A stretch of 55,653 nucleotides of DNA from Prorocentrum cordatum (taxonomy: Eukaryota): positions 62,001 to 117,653 of the forward strand of contig CAUYUJ010000144.1 in the NCBI GenBank assembly GCA_963575745.1, given 5' to 3'. The translations under genes and the position numbers were made by a program. Positions 31,259 through 44,390 of this stretch are shown one piece after another. Below the pieces are notes generated by a model. The model was not told the origin of the DNA. It was given only the letters and a program-made list of their open reading frames with translations, and did no database searches. How positions within the stretch are numbered: position 1 is the first letter of the stretch; each line of letters opens with the position of its first letter.

Positions 31259-34200
31259 GTGCAACTGTGAAATCGGCTGGGAGAGGGCCATCGAAAGACA
31301 CCTGAATCGGAACCAGCTGATTCGACTCAAGGCGCCTGAGACGCCGCATCATTTTCTGGCACGCCTGACCGCCACTCAGAAGGAATGGATCCGTGAGGAG
31401 ATGCTGGGCAAAACCCCCAACAACGAAATCGTATGGCCCGAACTTCTTTCTGGCACGGGTGCGTAACTCCCATCCGTTTGCTGCTTTGGCCAAGTTCTTC
31501 ACAATCATATCGGCATCGGGGAACCCAGAAACATGCTGAACAATTCCTGCAAACTCCGCTGTGGCGTCGTCGATTATATTCGCCAGCGCCGGGCCCATGC
31601 CATCATTACCTGCCCTACACTTCGCACCGAAGACGGGCTCGAACCCGCTGGCCTCAGAGAGCGTACCCATCTGACCATCAGCAAGAGCTGATACGTATCC
31701 TGCGTTCTCCCAGCGCCTGGCTTGCTCCTGAAACCACTTGTCAGTTGCCGTGAAGTACTGGCACCCGTATGTAGTCGAAGAAGGGTTCGCCAGCCTTTGG
31801 GGCAGCTGTGCTATTAGGGCCCATCTGTGCTGCAAGCTTACCTCTACTGGTGAACAATATGATGCGCGCGTTGCGGAGGCCATTTGCCCTGCCGCGCGCA
31901 AGTTGCGCTAGGGTCCTACTGCACATCATGGCGGCCATGCCTGTCCCCACCGCCGCGATACGGGGACCAGCGCCCACTTCCATCTTGAAGGTGGTGTTGC
32001 AGCTGCCTTTGGCCGAATGCCTCTGCGCACGTGCGTGCGCAGTCCGCAGCACGCCGCCGGCCGTCTTGCCAGCGACCAACCAGCAACTCCATGTTCCCTG
32101 CCCTTCTGCTGGCCCGAGTGTGGGCCTCATCCACCCAGGTCTGACTTCTGATCGCCTTCTGCTCAGCATGGCAAGCGAAAAGCAGGTCCGCTGTGCCACG
32201 AAGTCCGCTCCACCTTGCGGCGCGACTCCCCAGCATCCGGCCCACATAATTTTCGCTAGCGGCGAGGCGGCGAACTCCGCTCCAGCGAGAAGCTAGAAAG
32301 AGGCACAAACTAGCGAATTGGCCGGCGGGCAAAGAGGAGGGGGGGGGGGGACGGCCGAGAGGAACAAAGGACGCTCAGACGTCGAAGAGTTCGACGATGA
32401 GCAGCCGGGGGGGGGCGGCAGCAGCCAGCGGCCCACATAAACACGGAGCTGCCGATGCCACGGCAGGCCACCGTGAAGCCTGGCCCCGCCTGCGCGGCTT
32501 GCTGGGTGGGCGCAGGTAGAGAGTGCTCGGGTGAGTCGTAGTCTTTCGGCTCCGGCTTCAGCCCGCGCTGCTTGACCTGAAGCTGCCACGGGCGTGCCAT
32601 GCCCCTCTGGACCCTGAGCTCGCTGCGGTACTGCGGGCCAGAGGACGATCTTTCCTCTCGAAGGAAGACAGAGGGGAAGACAATGCAATTGCGAAAAAGC
32701 TGCTCGAATATCCAACGGCAGCCTCTTGACGTCCCAATGAACAGATACCAGCTGTTCTCCTTGGAGAGTAAGCCGCACACGCACTGTACGTGAAACCGGT
32801 GTATAATATGGAAGCAGATCCTCAGTCTTCTTCACATGATCCGATGATGAAGTCGGCCGCGCACGCGTGTCCATGATGATATGTCGACAACTGCTCCAGC
32901 AAGACAAATTTCAGCGACCTCCTGTAGATGCCACCTGGACTCCTCTGGGCCCAAGGAGAGAGAAAGAGAGAGAGAGATATTGAACTGGCCTGCGGCGGTG
33001 CTCCCCCCCAAGACAGCCCCACGAGGCCCCCAGAGGACGAAAAGATACCCCCAAGAGGCTCAAGGACCCCAAGAGGCCTCCAAGAGACCTCCAAGAGACC
33101 CCCCAAGAGGGGCCCCCAAAGGCCCCCAGAGGTGCCCAAACGCCCCCAATATGTATGCTTCCAAGACAGCACAACGGCATGGTAGACCAGCACGGCAGAC
33201 GAGCAGGGCAGACCGGCCAACGCCCCGATCCTTTTACGCGTTCCGGACGTGCACCCCGCGAAGCGAGAGGAATCGTGGAACATGACACTGGTACGGAGGC
33301 GCACGTGCTCATCCCGCAACAAAGCGCGCACCATGATGCTAGCAGCCTTGACGGGGGGCACGGGGCTGCCCCCCGTTCGACGTGAGAAAACGAGACCCGG
33401 CGACGAATCTCCATACTATTACGGGCTCATGCCGTGCCCCTGCAACCACGCGGCCGCACACGTGCCCTTCCAACCACCAACCTTCCAACCCTCAGGACCT
33501 GTACTCCCAACTTCAAGTTGGCCCAGTACGGCTCATCGTTATCCGCCCTCCGCGTTATGGTTAACCCATTTCGATCGTTGTAAGATCGTTGTTATCGTCG
33601 TCGGCGTCGCCCATCCCCTCCCCCTCCTCATCCTCTCATATCCCTCCTCGTCCTCCTCGCTTCTCTATCTCCTCATCCTTCCACCGCGGGATCAGCAATT
33701 CCACTCTTGGGTATGTTCAGGCTAGTTCCGAGCTTCGGCTTGACGGTTGCCGCACCTCGTCGTTTCTCGGCGTGCTCCTACACTTTCATGATCAGGGCAA
33801 CAGCAACTTACCTGGAGATCGTTCCTGGGTGGACTTCTGGGGAGGCGCCAAGCGTCAGAGCGTCCCGTCGCCAGACACCCGTGCCCCACCTGTAACCCCC
33901 GTCCAGACTGAATTGAAGAAGTGGCCCGCAAAAGCCCCGTTGCCCCGCGCCCACACTGACTCTGAATCCTCCCCAAATGCTGAACGCCGCTCTAAACTCC
34001 CGCGAGGAGGGCCACCAAGGAGCCTCTTTCTCCTCTTCATTCTCCGCCTCCTCCTCCTTTTCTTCACTAACCTTCATATATATATATATATATATCCCTG
34101 TCTTCGGTCTTACACGTGCGACTGTCGCAGAACGTATATCACATCATCTCTCCTCCGTCCTTCCCCTCCCTCGCCCTTCCTCCTCCTTCCTCCTCGTCCC

Positions 34201-34509
34201 GTCCTCCTCCGCTGCCTCATTCTCCTCCTGCTCCGCTGCAGAGGTGGCGAAGAGGGCCGCTCGGGTATAGGCCGCGAGCGCTCTTTTCCTTTGGCGTCGG
34301 CGAGTGTTTCTCAAGCATGAGCTGCGAGGCATCCCAGACCTGGAAAGCCTTCCCAAACAAGGAGGACGAAGCCAAAGGGGGCGGGGACTTGGAGTCACAA
34401 CGCGGGAAGGGACTCGGTCATACTCGAGGCGGACGCTCGCAGAGATCGGCACGAGCGGCAAAAAGTCCGCTGGAACACCCGCCTCTAGGATTTCGTCGCC
34501 CTGCGTCTC

Positions 34510-34650
34510 CTCCTCTTCCTCCTCCTCCTCCTCCTCCTCCTCCTCCTCCTCTACCACCTCCTCCACCACCTCCTCCTCCTCCTCCTTCTCCCCCTCCTCC
34601 TCCTTCTTATCCTCCTCTTCTTCCTCATCATCATCATCATCAGCATCATG

Positions 34651-34705
<55 letters not shown>

Positions 34706-34706
34706 G

Positions 34707-34802
<96 letters not shown>

Positions 34803-34953
34803 TATATTCTTCATCATCATCGTAATCATCAGCAGCATCACCATCATCGTCATCACCAGCATCAGCAACTCATCACATCATAATCAGCATCGTCACCATC
34901 ACCACCATCATCATAACCATAATCGTTACCACCATTATCATCATTCTCATCAC

Positions 34954-35022
<69 letters not shown>

Positions 35023-35210
35023 TGTCATCAACATCATCATCATCAGCATCATCATCAACATCACCATCAGCATCACCATCCCATATCATCACCATCATCA
35101 TAATCATCAACATGATCATCGTAGTAATCAGTATCATCAGTATCATCATCAGAATCGTCACCAGCATTATCATCATGACCACCACCATCACCATCACCAT
35201 CATCACCATC

Positions 35211-35241
<31 letters not shown>

Positions 35242-35533
35242 GCAGCATCATCATCATCGTCGTCATCGTCATCATCATCGTCATCGTCATCATCACCATG
35301 ATCACCACCACCACCAGCATCATCATCAGCAGCATCAGCATCATCACGATCACCACCACCACCACAACCACCCTCCTCCTCCTCCTCCTCCTCCTCCTCC
35401 TCCTCCTCCTCCTCCTCCTCCTCCTCCTCCTCCTCCTCCTCCTCCTCCTCCTCCTCCTCCTCCTCCTCCTCCTCCTCCTCCTCCTCCTCCTCCTCCTCCT
35501 CCTCCTCCTCCTCCTCCTCCTCCTCCTCCTCCT
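34510..35533 (+). repeat. Compound (CCT)n-(CAT)n-(CAC)n-(CCT)n microsatellite
   Basis: Direct reading. Confidence 0.95.
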
Positions 35534-35844
35534 CTTTTGTTCCCCAGAGGAAAGGCCCCGCGTCTGGGATGCTCTGGCAAATCTGCCCCTGAGTCTTTGC
35601 AGCGCCGCGCGCGCTCTACACGGAAAATGGTCAGGACGGGAGGGCGGGCCAGACAGCGGGCTGGACAGCGGGGGGGGGGCCAAAGCGAACCCTCGCGCGT
35701 CCTGATACTTCCCCCCGCCCTGCCCCTCTCACACCTCCACTCCCGCTTCCTACCCTCCCCTCCTGCGCCCTCCCCCTCTTTCTGCCTCCTTCCCGCCTCG
35801 TCATCCTTCCTCGGTCCGTGTTCCCTTTCTTGAGCACAGCTTAG

Positions 35845-36265
35845 AACATCAGCGGCAGCATGAGGGTCGAGACGGAGTGAGGGAGGAGGGAGCACGGGAG
35901 GAATGTGCAGGGATGGTGCGGGAGGAGAGAGGCATAGGACCTCTGTTGTAAGACGAAGCCAAGACGAGGGTTCAATCGGGTGAAGATAATCGAGAATCTC
36001 TGAGATCCGGCGGCTCTGGAGGATGTCTCGGGCGCCGCGGCCCTCGGAGAGCGTTCCAGAACGCTCCGAGAGCGTTCTGGAACGTTCTGGACGGGATTTA
36101 TCATCGTCCTAGCCCTGTCCGATCTGTGTCCTCGTCTACGTCTTTGGCTACCCCTTTTTAGGGTCAGCGGCACCGGCCGTAAGGTCTTCACAACATCAGC
36201 GGCAGTATGAGGGAGGAGACGGAGCGAGGGAGGAGGAGGCACGGGAGGAATGTGCAAGGATGCTG
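35845..36265 (+). repeat. ~70-bp direct repeat pair around a hairpin-containing spacer
   Basis: aacatcagcggcag(c/t)atgaggg..gagacggag(t/c)gagggaggagg..gcacgggaggaatgtgca at ~35845 and ~36192. Confidence 0.8.
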
Positions 36266-36744
36266 GAGAAGAGAGGGATACTACCTCTGTGCTTAGCCGC
36301 CCCGATACGCAATGCGCAACCCGTAGCGTTGACACGGAGCTCAACACGCAAATTGAACACGTACGCCTGGCGCAGGACGTTCGCCAAAACAGGGGCCAAC
36401 ACGTGGAAACAACACGCAACGTGTTAACATGGGCGTCTTGAACAATGTACGTGTTGCGTTTCAAAACTGGCGTATCGGGGCAGCTAGGTACCTCTGTGTC
36501 CTTGTCCCACACGGCGCCGTCGGTCGGAGTGAGCGGGCGGCCTGTCTGAATAGGTTGGAGCCGAGTCCTTTGGGTTCTGTCCTCTCGTCATCCCTTCTTT
36601 ATCTGGAGGCTCAGCGCAAGCATGCGGCAAAACCCTCTGCGTATGACTCCCTCCTCCTCCCTTGTCTCATCCCTCGTGTTCCTCCTCCCTCGTTTTCCTC
36701 TTCTTCCTCCTCCGCGACCTATGCGATGCGGACTGTCTTGGTGC

Positions 36745-36935
36745 AGCGTGAGGCTGGGGCCAGGGCTGCAGTGCTGAGGCCAAGGCTGAGGTAAGGGCTA
36801 GGGCCAGGGCTGATGGGGAGGCTGGCGCTACGGCTGAGGGCGAGGGCTGAAGCTGGGACACAGTTCCTTAGGCGGAGGCTCGGGCTGACACCAGCGCTGA
36901 GGCCAGGGCGAGGGCTGAGGGCTCGGGCTGAGGTA
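36745..36935 (+). repeat. Degenerate 6-bp satellite (GGCTGA/GGCCAG)
   Basis: Period-6 units: gaggct, agggct, agggcc. Confidence 0.75.
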
Positions 36936-39900
36936 TGGGCTGCTGCTATGGCCTGTGATGTCGGGCAAGCTCAGCCCTCGCCCTCAGCCGTAGGCCTTTG
37001 TCTCTCACGCCAAGAGCAACACCCACACAACGAAGTGACAAACAAAATGAACGCAACACTAACATTGAAACACCTTGCACTACGGTATCAACTTCGTTGG
37101 CGGCATTCGACTCGGAAAGTCGAACGGCATTCGCACTGCATTACGAACAGCCTACATTACGAACTACAACAATCAACATGCTGGGGTTCGGCACACATCT
37201 AACGACTGCGCAAACCAACCCGCAAAACGAAACGGAACATGGGGCGAACGGGGCAAACAAACCGACAAACGAAGTGCAACCTTGGAAACGCAGCCAATCA
37301 AGCCGAAACAACTAAACGCACGCCGACCACACGCAATTATGCATCAAGCGCGTTTAAACCAAACGTTAAGAACAACCAAGCAACCAACGAGTCGTTTGCC
37401 AGAACAATGCAAACCAATTTTGGGGGTGGTCCCTGGAGGAGTGACCCGGGAGGACGAGGCAGGTCAGAGGAAAGAGTGAGGGAGATAGGGGGGGTGAGGC
37501 AGGATGGCCTGAGCGAGTGACTGAGTGAATGAGGAGGTGAACACAAATGACCAAAATACGTATGAGAAGCGAGGAGTGGTGAGGAGGATGAGAAGACGGA
37601 AGACTAGGACAACGAATCGGGAAAGGAAGAGGAGGAGAAGGACGTGTAAAGCGGAGAAGTGAGGTGCACTGATGAAGTGTGAATGATTTCGGAGGTGGAG
37701 GAACTTGAGGACCAGAGGCAGGATTAACCAGGATAAGTCAGCGGTCGAGGGCGACGGGAAATTGAGGATTCCAGAAAGCTGGGAGGCGGAGCAAGGAAGC
37801 AAGAGTGAGCAATGAGGACAAGAGGAATGAGGGGAGGATTCCAGAAGGCTGGGAGACGGAGCGAGTCGAAGAGAAGTTGGAGGAGAAGCGAGTAGAGCAA
37901 AGCGAGGCGGAAGGAGGGGGAATGGTGCGTTTTTCACTGTGTGCACCATCAAGCCAAACTCTGACAGCAGGTTTGAAACTTGACGGTGAGGGGGAATGGT
38001 GCGGACAAGGAAGAGTGAGCTGGAGGGGACGGGGCCTAGTCTCTTTCATTTTCCTTAGGAGAGAAGAAAAGGGAGGACCAAGCGGGAAAGAGGAATGAGT
38101 GAACGAGAGGAGAGGGAGGGACGCAGGATGGCCAGAGCGAGTTGCTGAGTGAATGAGGCGATGAAGTACGAGATGGAGGGTGAGGAGGAAGATAATGACG
38201 ATGATAACAACGAGGACGAGCGAAGAAAAGAAATGAGTCGTGTGGACGAGGAATGAATGAGTCCAGAGCGGGATAAAGCTGAGGAGCAAAAACGTCGAGG
38301 GGACAGGGGGGATGTCATGTGTACACCTCACTGATATCATCCTACCGTTTCCCTGTACTCGCGCCTCTGGTTCTTCGCCCCCCTCGAGCGAGCGACCCAA
38401 CGAACGCCAACACGTGGGGAGCTCCGATCGCATTTGTCGTTGGAGGTGGGCGGGCAAACTTGCCTTTGAGGCGAAAACTCATTGAACGCAGGCGTAAGAA
38501 CGCACACACAAGTGAATGTCATCCTCCTTTTCCCCTCCTCATCCTCATATTGTTTATCATGGGTGGCCCGCGGGTTATCAACACTCTAAACACTTTGAAC
38601 CTGATCTGGGCCCTCGGACGGCATCCTCCCTTGCCGAGGCAGACTCTATTTTACAGACTTGGGCTCGGCTCTGGTTTCTCCTGCGATGGCAGGACCTGCA
38701 CAGGACAATACACTGCGTTTACCCGGTGGCTCCTCTAGAAGGCCCTCACTACGATCACCAATCCATCCTCCCGTCCTCCACCTCGCCCTCCTAAACGGCG
38801 GGGGGGGGGGACGGACGAGGTGGATAAGGAAACGGTGGGGGCGATCGGCTCCGTGGATGTACACAACATCGCGGAGAACTCATGGGTGTAATCAGCGATG
38901 ATCTCGTGCCGCCGACGCATACCCCGAATAATCGCCCCAGGCTCCTTCAAAGAGTGGTCTAGCCCAAACGCTACCCCAGAGAAAGCCTCTCGTTGGGCCA
39001 CGGGCCCGAGCCAGAGGAAGCCGAAGGGGGAAGGCTCGGCGCGGGAGCGGGCGCGAGCGCGCGGCCGACCAGGGCTTTGTAAAAACTAGCCAGCATCAGT
39101 CGGCGGTCGCCCAAGGAGCCCTCCTCGAAGGTTTTACCTGCACGCGCAGGCAGCCCCCAGCGAAAGCCGAGGGAGGCCGAGTGCAAGGCAAGAGCGAGGC
39201 TGGCTTCAACTGGGCTCCTGCTGAGGCGCCACTGGCGGCCAACTTCTCGCACTGCGCTCGTGTGTGCGACCGCATGCCACACACGCGCTCAGACACACAC
39301 ACACACAGACACAGACACAGACACAGACACAGACACAGGCACAGGCACAGGCACAGACACAGACAAAGACACTTTCACATATTCACACATCCACACATTC
39401 ACACATTCACACGTTCACACATTCACGCATTCACACATTCACACACGCGCACACACACGCGCACACACACGCACACACAATCACCGAGGTGAGTCTATCT
39501 TCCATGGTGGAGCTCAAAGGGCGAAGCGCAGAGAACAACTGCCAATCAAATGACACGCGTGTCAAGCAACACGCTTGTACAGTCTGTGCCCGAAGTCACG
39601 CGTCCCTACGCCAATGGAACTCCCCACGCCAAAGGAGGGCCGCACTCCAAATACAGCGAGCAGCAAAAGACCATAGAAAGCGGGGCAGATGCGACAGGGG
39701 CAGAACAAAATAAGGGCACGTTACGAGGGTCCAAGAGGGAGGTCTGCAGGGCACGCCACAAGAAGACTGGGCTCTGAGCGACATCCCAGGACGGGCAGCC
39801 ATGCCTGGCAGCTTCTCCGCACGTGCTCCCCCTTCGAGGCCACTGGCGCGGCCCAAGCGCGATTCCCAGCCAGCGTGTGCCAACAACCACCCGCTCGGTA

Positions 39901-40939
39901 CTGAAAACCTCCAGGGCGCTCCCTGGACTCGGCAGACCTTCTCGCAGACGAGCGGCTCGGACCATCTCCAGACCCCTGGCATCGATCCCCTACCACGGAA
40001 GTCCTGCCCCCTTCTTCCCCTCTTTGCCAAGACAAAGACTTGCTCTGCGAGGCCAAGGCCGAGGGACCCTTTCGGCTGCCCGGAACTGGTCCCAAGAGAA
40101 AAGAAGCTTCCGGCCCGTCGGACAGCCCCACCGGATGGCCCCTGCACGACAGGACTTAAGGGATCCGGCCAGGGGCAGAAGTCACGACATCCTGGGGCCG
40201 CCAATCTCATCATCCAAGCTGCCCAAGAGTGCATTTCAGCCGCTTCCCCCCCTGCCGTAGAACATCGCTGTGCACCCTGTCTCCTGCGTTCGGTGTCAGG
40301 GACTGGTTCTCTGCGCAATTGGCCAAGAGTCGTGAAGCGCTGGGAAAATCACGGCCATCCATGTCTAGACTTTTAGATATACTCCGAGTTTGTATAGAGC
40401 GCTCGGCGTACGGATGCTGATGTCGCAGAACAAACAGCGCTCGCACTTGCGCTTCATCCTACAATCATGGCCGAGAGCCACATTCCGCATGCTCTTCACG
40501 TGAATGGACTATCCTAGCGTGACAATAAATACACACTAAGGCGTGCCATTTGCGCTCGCTTGAATAAAAAGAGCAAGCAAACACAGATATCATCGCATGT
40601 GTGGCGACATGTGGGCTTTCCATAGAAGAAACATCGCCAGGATGATGACAACGCCACCCAAGCCACCTGGCGAATCCGTCAGACAGAGGAAGAATTCATA
40701 CGACAATGCGCTTGCAAGTGTGCCGACGGACCAACCTTGTCTATCGGAAGGGTCAGGGGGAAGAAGCCCCCTTGGCCTCCAAGGGTCGTATTCAATCACG
40801 TGCCTGGCTTATTGGCGACCCTGGCCCTCCGGCCTCCTCCATCCTTCCCTTAAAGCAGCCCCCGCCTGTCCCACCACTAGACGTGTCCGTAGGCTGGCGT
40901 GCCTGAGATCTCCGTGCAACTTACAATCCTGAAACTCAA

Positions 40940-41910
40940 ATTTCCAAACATTGAAATGGTGAAGGACTGGTCGCGCACATGTGTTGCAAACGTTTCCAGC
41001 AGTTCCAGAAATGGAGGCTGGCACGTCTCCAAAATACGGCTCCCCTGAAACACGTCCAGCAGAGGCAAGGATGGAAGCCTGTTGTTTTCAAAATGCGGCT
41101 CTCGCCTTCGCGCCGCGCAAAGTCGTTTGAAAGTTGCCAACAGCTAGAAATAAGGGATGAGGCCAGCATTTCTTCAAAACGCGGCTCTCGCCTTAGCGCC
41201 GCGCGCACTCGTCTGAAACACTTCCAACAGTCACAAAGATGGAAAGCCAGTTGCTGTTGTTGTTGTTGCTGCCAAAATGCTGCTTTCGCCTTAACGCCGC
41301 GCACATTCGCTGGAAAGTTCCCAGCCGATAAAATGACGGAGGCTGGTCCATTTTCAGACTGCGACTCTCGCTTAAGATTTCTTCGAACTCCTACGACCCG
41401 ACGCTCCACACTGTGCAACGGTTGCACGTATGGAGGGCAGACCCCTGTCAAGACAGCACAATCGCTGGACGCTGTCTTGAACTCCATCAGCCTACCTGCA
41501 GTCGGACCTAGGACATAATAACATCCTCCAAGAACATGAGACCCTCCGCAGGCCAAAACACACAGAACATCCAAGGGTACCCTCCCCAGGATGCACAAGA
41601 ACATCCAACTAACACGATCAACAACATTAGGGTACCCTCAACGAAACGACCTCTTTACCCTGCTGCGCTTGTCTGCTGGAAGAACGGACGGTGGATCCTC
41701 TCCAAAACGGGGCTCCCTTGAATGAGTGGCGGGCCCACTGGGCGCTCGTCACTCAAGGGGGCGGCTTCCCACGGTGGACAGGAATACTCGTAGGCCCTTA
41801 TTGAGGAGGCGAGTTGGAACGGGACGGCGTGTTGCAGCATCGTTGTTGCATCCTGGATTCACTCTGGTCCTCCTCCTCCTCCTCCTCCGCCTCCTCCCCC
41901 TCCTCCTCCT
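40940..41910 (+). repeat. Dispersed repeat with ~80-90-bp internal units, ending in (CCT)n (related to 27780-28270)
   Basis: Units like caaaatgcggctctcgcctt.gcgccgcgc at ~41090, ~41175, ~41273 and ~41355. Shares tacgacccga and the terminal gcatcctggattcactctggtcc-(CCT)n. Confidence 0.75.
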
Positions 41911-41956
41911 ACAGGGGGCGTGATACAACATCAACAAGAGGTGGTTCCCTACAGTC

Positions 41957-42010
41957 AGTGTGTGTGTGTCTGTGTGTGTGTGTGTGTGTCCGTGTGCGTC
42001 CGTGTGTGTG

Positions 42011-42045
<35 letters not shown>

Positions 42046-42081
42046 GTGTCAGTGTGTGTATGTGCGTGCGTGCGTGCGTGC

Positions 42082-42150
<69 letters not shown>

Positions 42151-42230
42151 AGTGTGTCAGTGTGTCAGTGTGTCAGCGTGTCAGTGTGTCAGTGTGTCAG
42201 TGTGTGTGTGTATGTCTGTGGTGTGGTGTG
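41957..42230 (+). repeat. (GT)n microsatellite with (GTGTCA)-type variants
   Basis: Direct reading. Confidence 0.95.
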
Positions 42231-42769
42231 GTGGGAGGGGGGGAGGGGGGGGGTCACATTTGTGCAGGTTTTGTGCTGCTCACACGGCGCTGGCCTCAGG
42301 CCCCCGAGGGCACGACCCCCACTTCCCGCCAGCGCTGCTGAGCTCGCCCCACGCAGCATCCTCATGTGTTGGTCGTGCGACGTCAAAATCAACCTGGCTC
42401 CAGACAAGACAAATGCAGAAACCATGCTCCAAGAGATGCCCTGCGCCAGGGGACGCGATGCAACAACAGCGCATGGCCGAGGGCAAACATCCACAACGTG
42501 CAGCTGATCCTCTCATCATTCTCCGAGCGCCCATCTCGCCGGCCCAACGTCACATGACGGTGTGGCGCACTCATTCGGCCTCGACGGACACTCAGTCGTT
42601 CCGAGCGCTGGTCTTTCTCCTCCTCCTCCTCCTCCTCCTCTTCCTCCTCTGGCTACTCCTCCCTCCTCTTCATTCTCTCCTCATCCTCCTTCCCCCTCCT
42701 ATCCTTATTCCCTAAAAGTATATACACCTACTATGCCACCTAGCCTGACGATAGCAAACCCAATCTGGG

Positions 42770-43128
42770 CACTCCGAGCGGCGACATGCGGTTTTCGCCT
42801 GAGTTCCGCGCAGTTTTTTGCATTAACGTGGCAGAACTATTTCGGCGCGGCGCATGCTTCGTCTTCGCTGAGCTCGTCGAAAACTGTCCGACAAAAGCTA
42901 GATCGAAGGATTTCCTGAATTCCACTCCCGCATCTGTGAATGGCTGTCCTTTAATGTCCTTTCGCGAAGTCGTCGGAGGCGGGACCGCGCGCGAGTGTCT
43001 TGCGACCGCCAGGTGGAAGCGCGTTCCACCCCCAAGATCAAGTTATGCCACAACTGATTATTATGTTATGGGAGGGAGGGTGGGAATTAGCGGGGCCCTC
43101 TGACTCGTTCGACCTGGCCAACTTGACT
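42770..43128 (+). repeat. Dispersed repeat, copy 2 (related to 1-290), followed by (CCT)n
   Basis: Colinear matches listed for 1-290. Confidence 0.75.
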
Positions 43129-43452
43129 CCTACCTCCTCCTCCTCCTCCTCCTCCTCCCTTCCTCCTCCTCCTCATCATGCTCTGCATCCTCCCGCCCTC
43201 CCTCCCGCCATCCCTTCCTTCCCTCTTCATCTTCTTCTCTCTCCTCCTCCTCCTCCTCCTCCTCCTCCTCCTCCTCCTCCGCTTCCTCCCTCCTCTTCGT
43301 CCTCCCCTCCCCTCTCCCTCCCCCCTTCCTCCCTCCCTCCTCCCTCGCTCCCTCTCCTGCCTGCCTCAGCCGCCCTGCGCCCTCCTGAAACCCCTCCGCC
43401 AAGCCTGTCTTCGGACTTCCAGGAGACCTACGGCCGGGGGCCACCGCGGGCA

Positions 43453-44390
<938 letters not shown>

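Larger units (their letters stand above)
30378..31983 (-). pseudogene. Renalase-like / predicted NAD/FAD-dependent oxidoreductase (amine oxidase fold), disrupted
   Basis: N-terminal Rossmann-like RIAAVGTGMAA; FDY-GCQYFTA (renalase-type FDxGAQYFT); GNDGM; YDFVVG; CLSFAANSARKP; GDFCVHPGIQGVALSGRAMA. Lesions: 4-bp insertion at 31768-31773, TIR insertion at 30805-30981, in-frame TGA at 30702-30704. A frameshifted C-terminal tail may extend to ~30200. Confidence 0.8.

Noticed and set aside
32007..32022. Possible SL relict upstream of the oxidoreductase ATG (ggcattcggccaaag)
   Set aside because: Too degenerate to separate from chance.
32293..33420. Upstream exons or a separate gene
   Set aside because: No recognisable motifs or consistent frame; partly repeat-derived.
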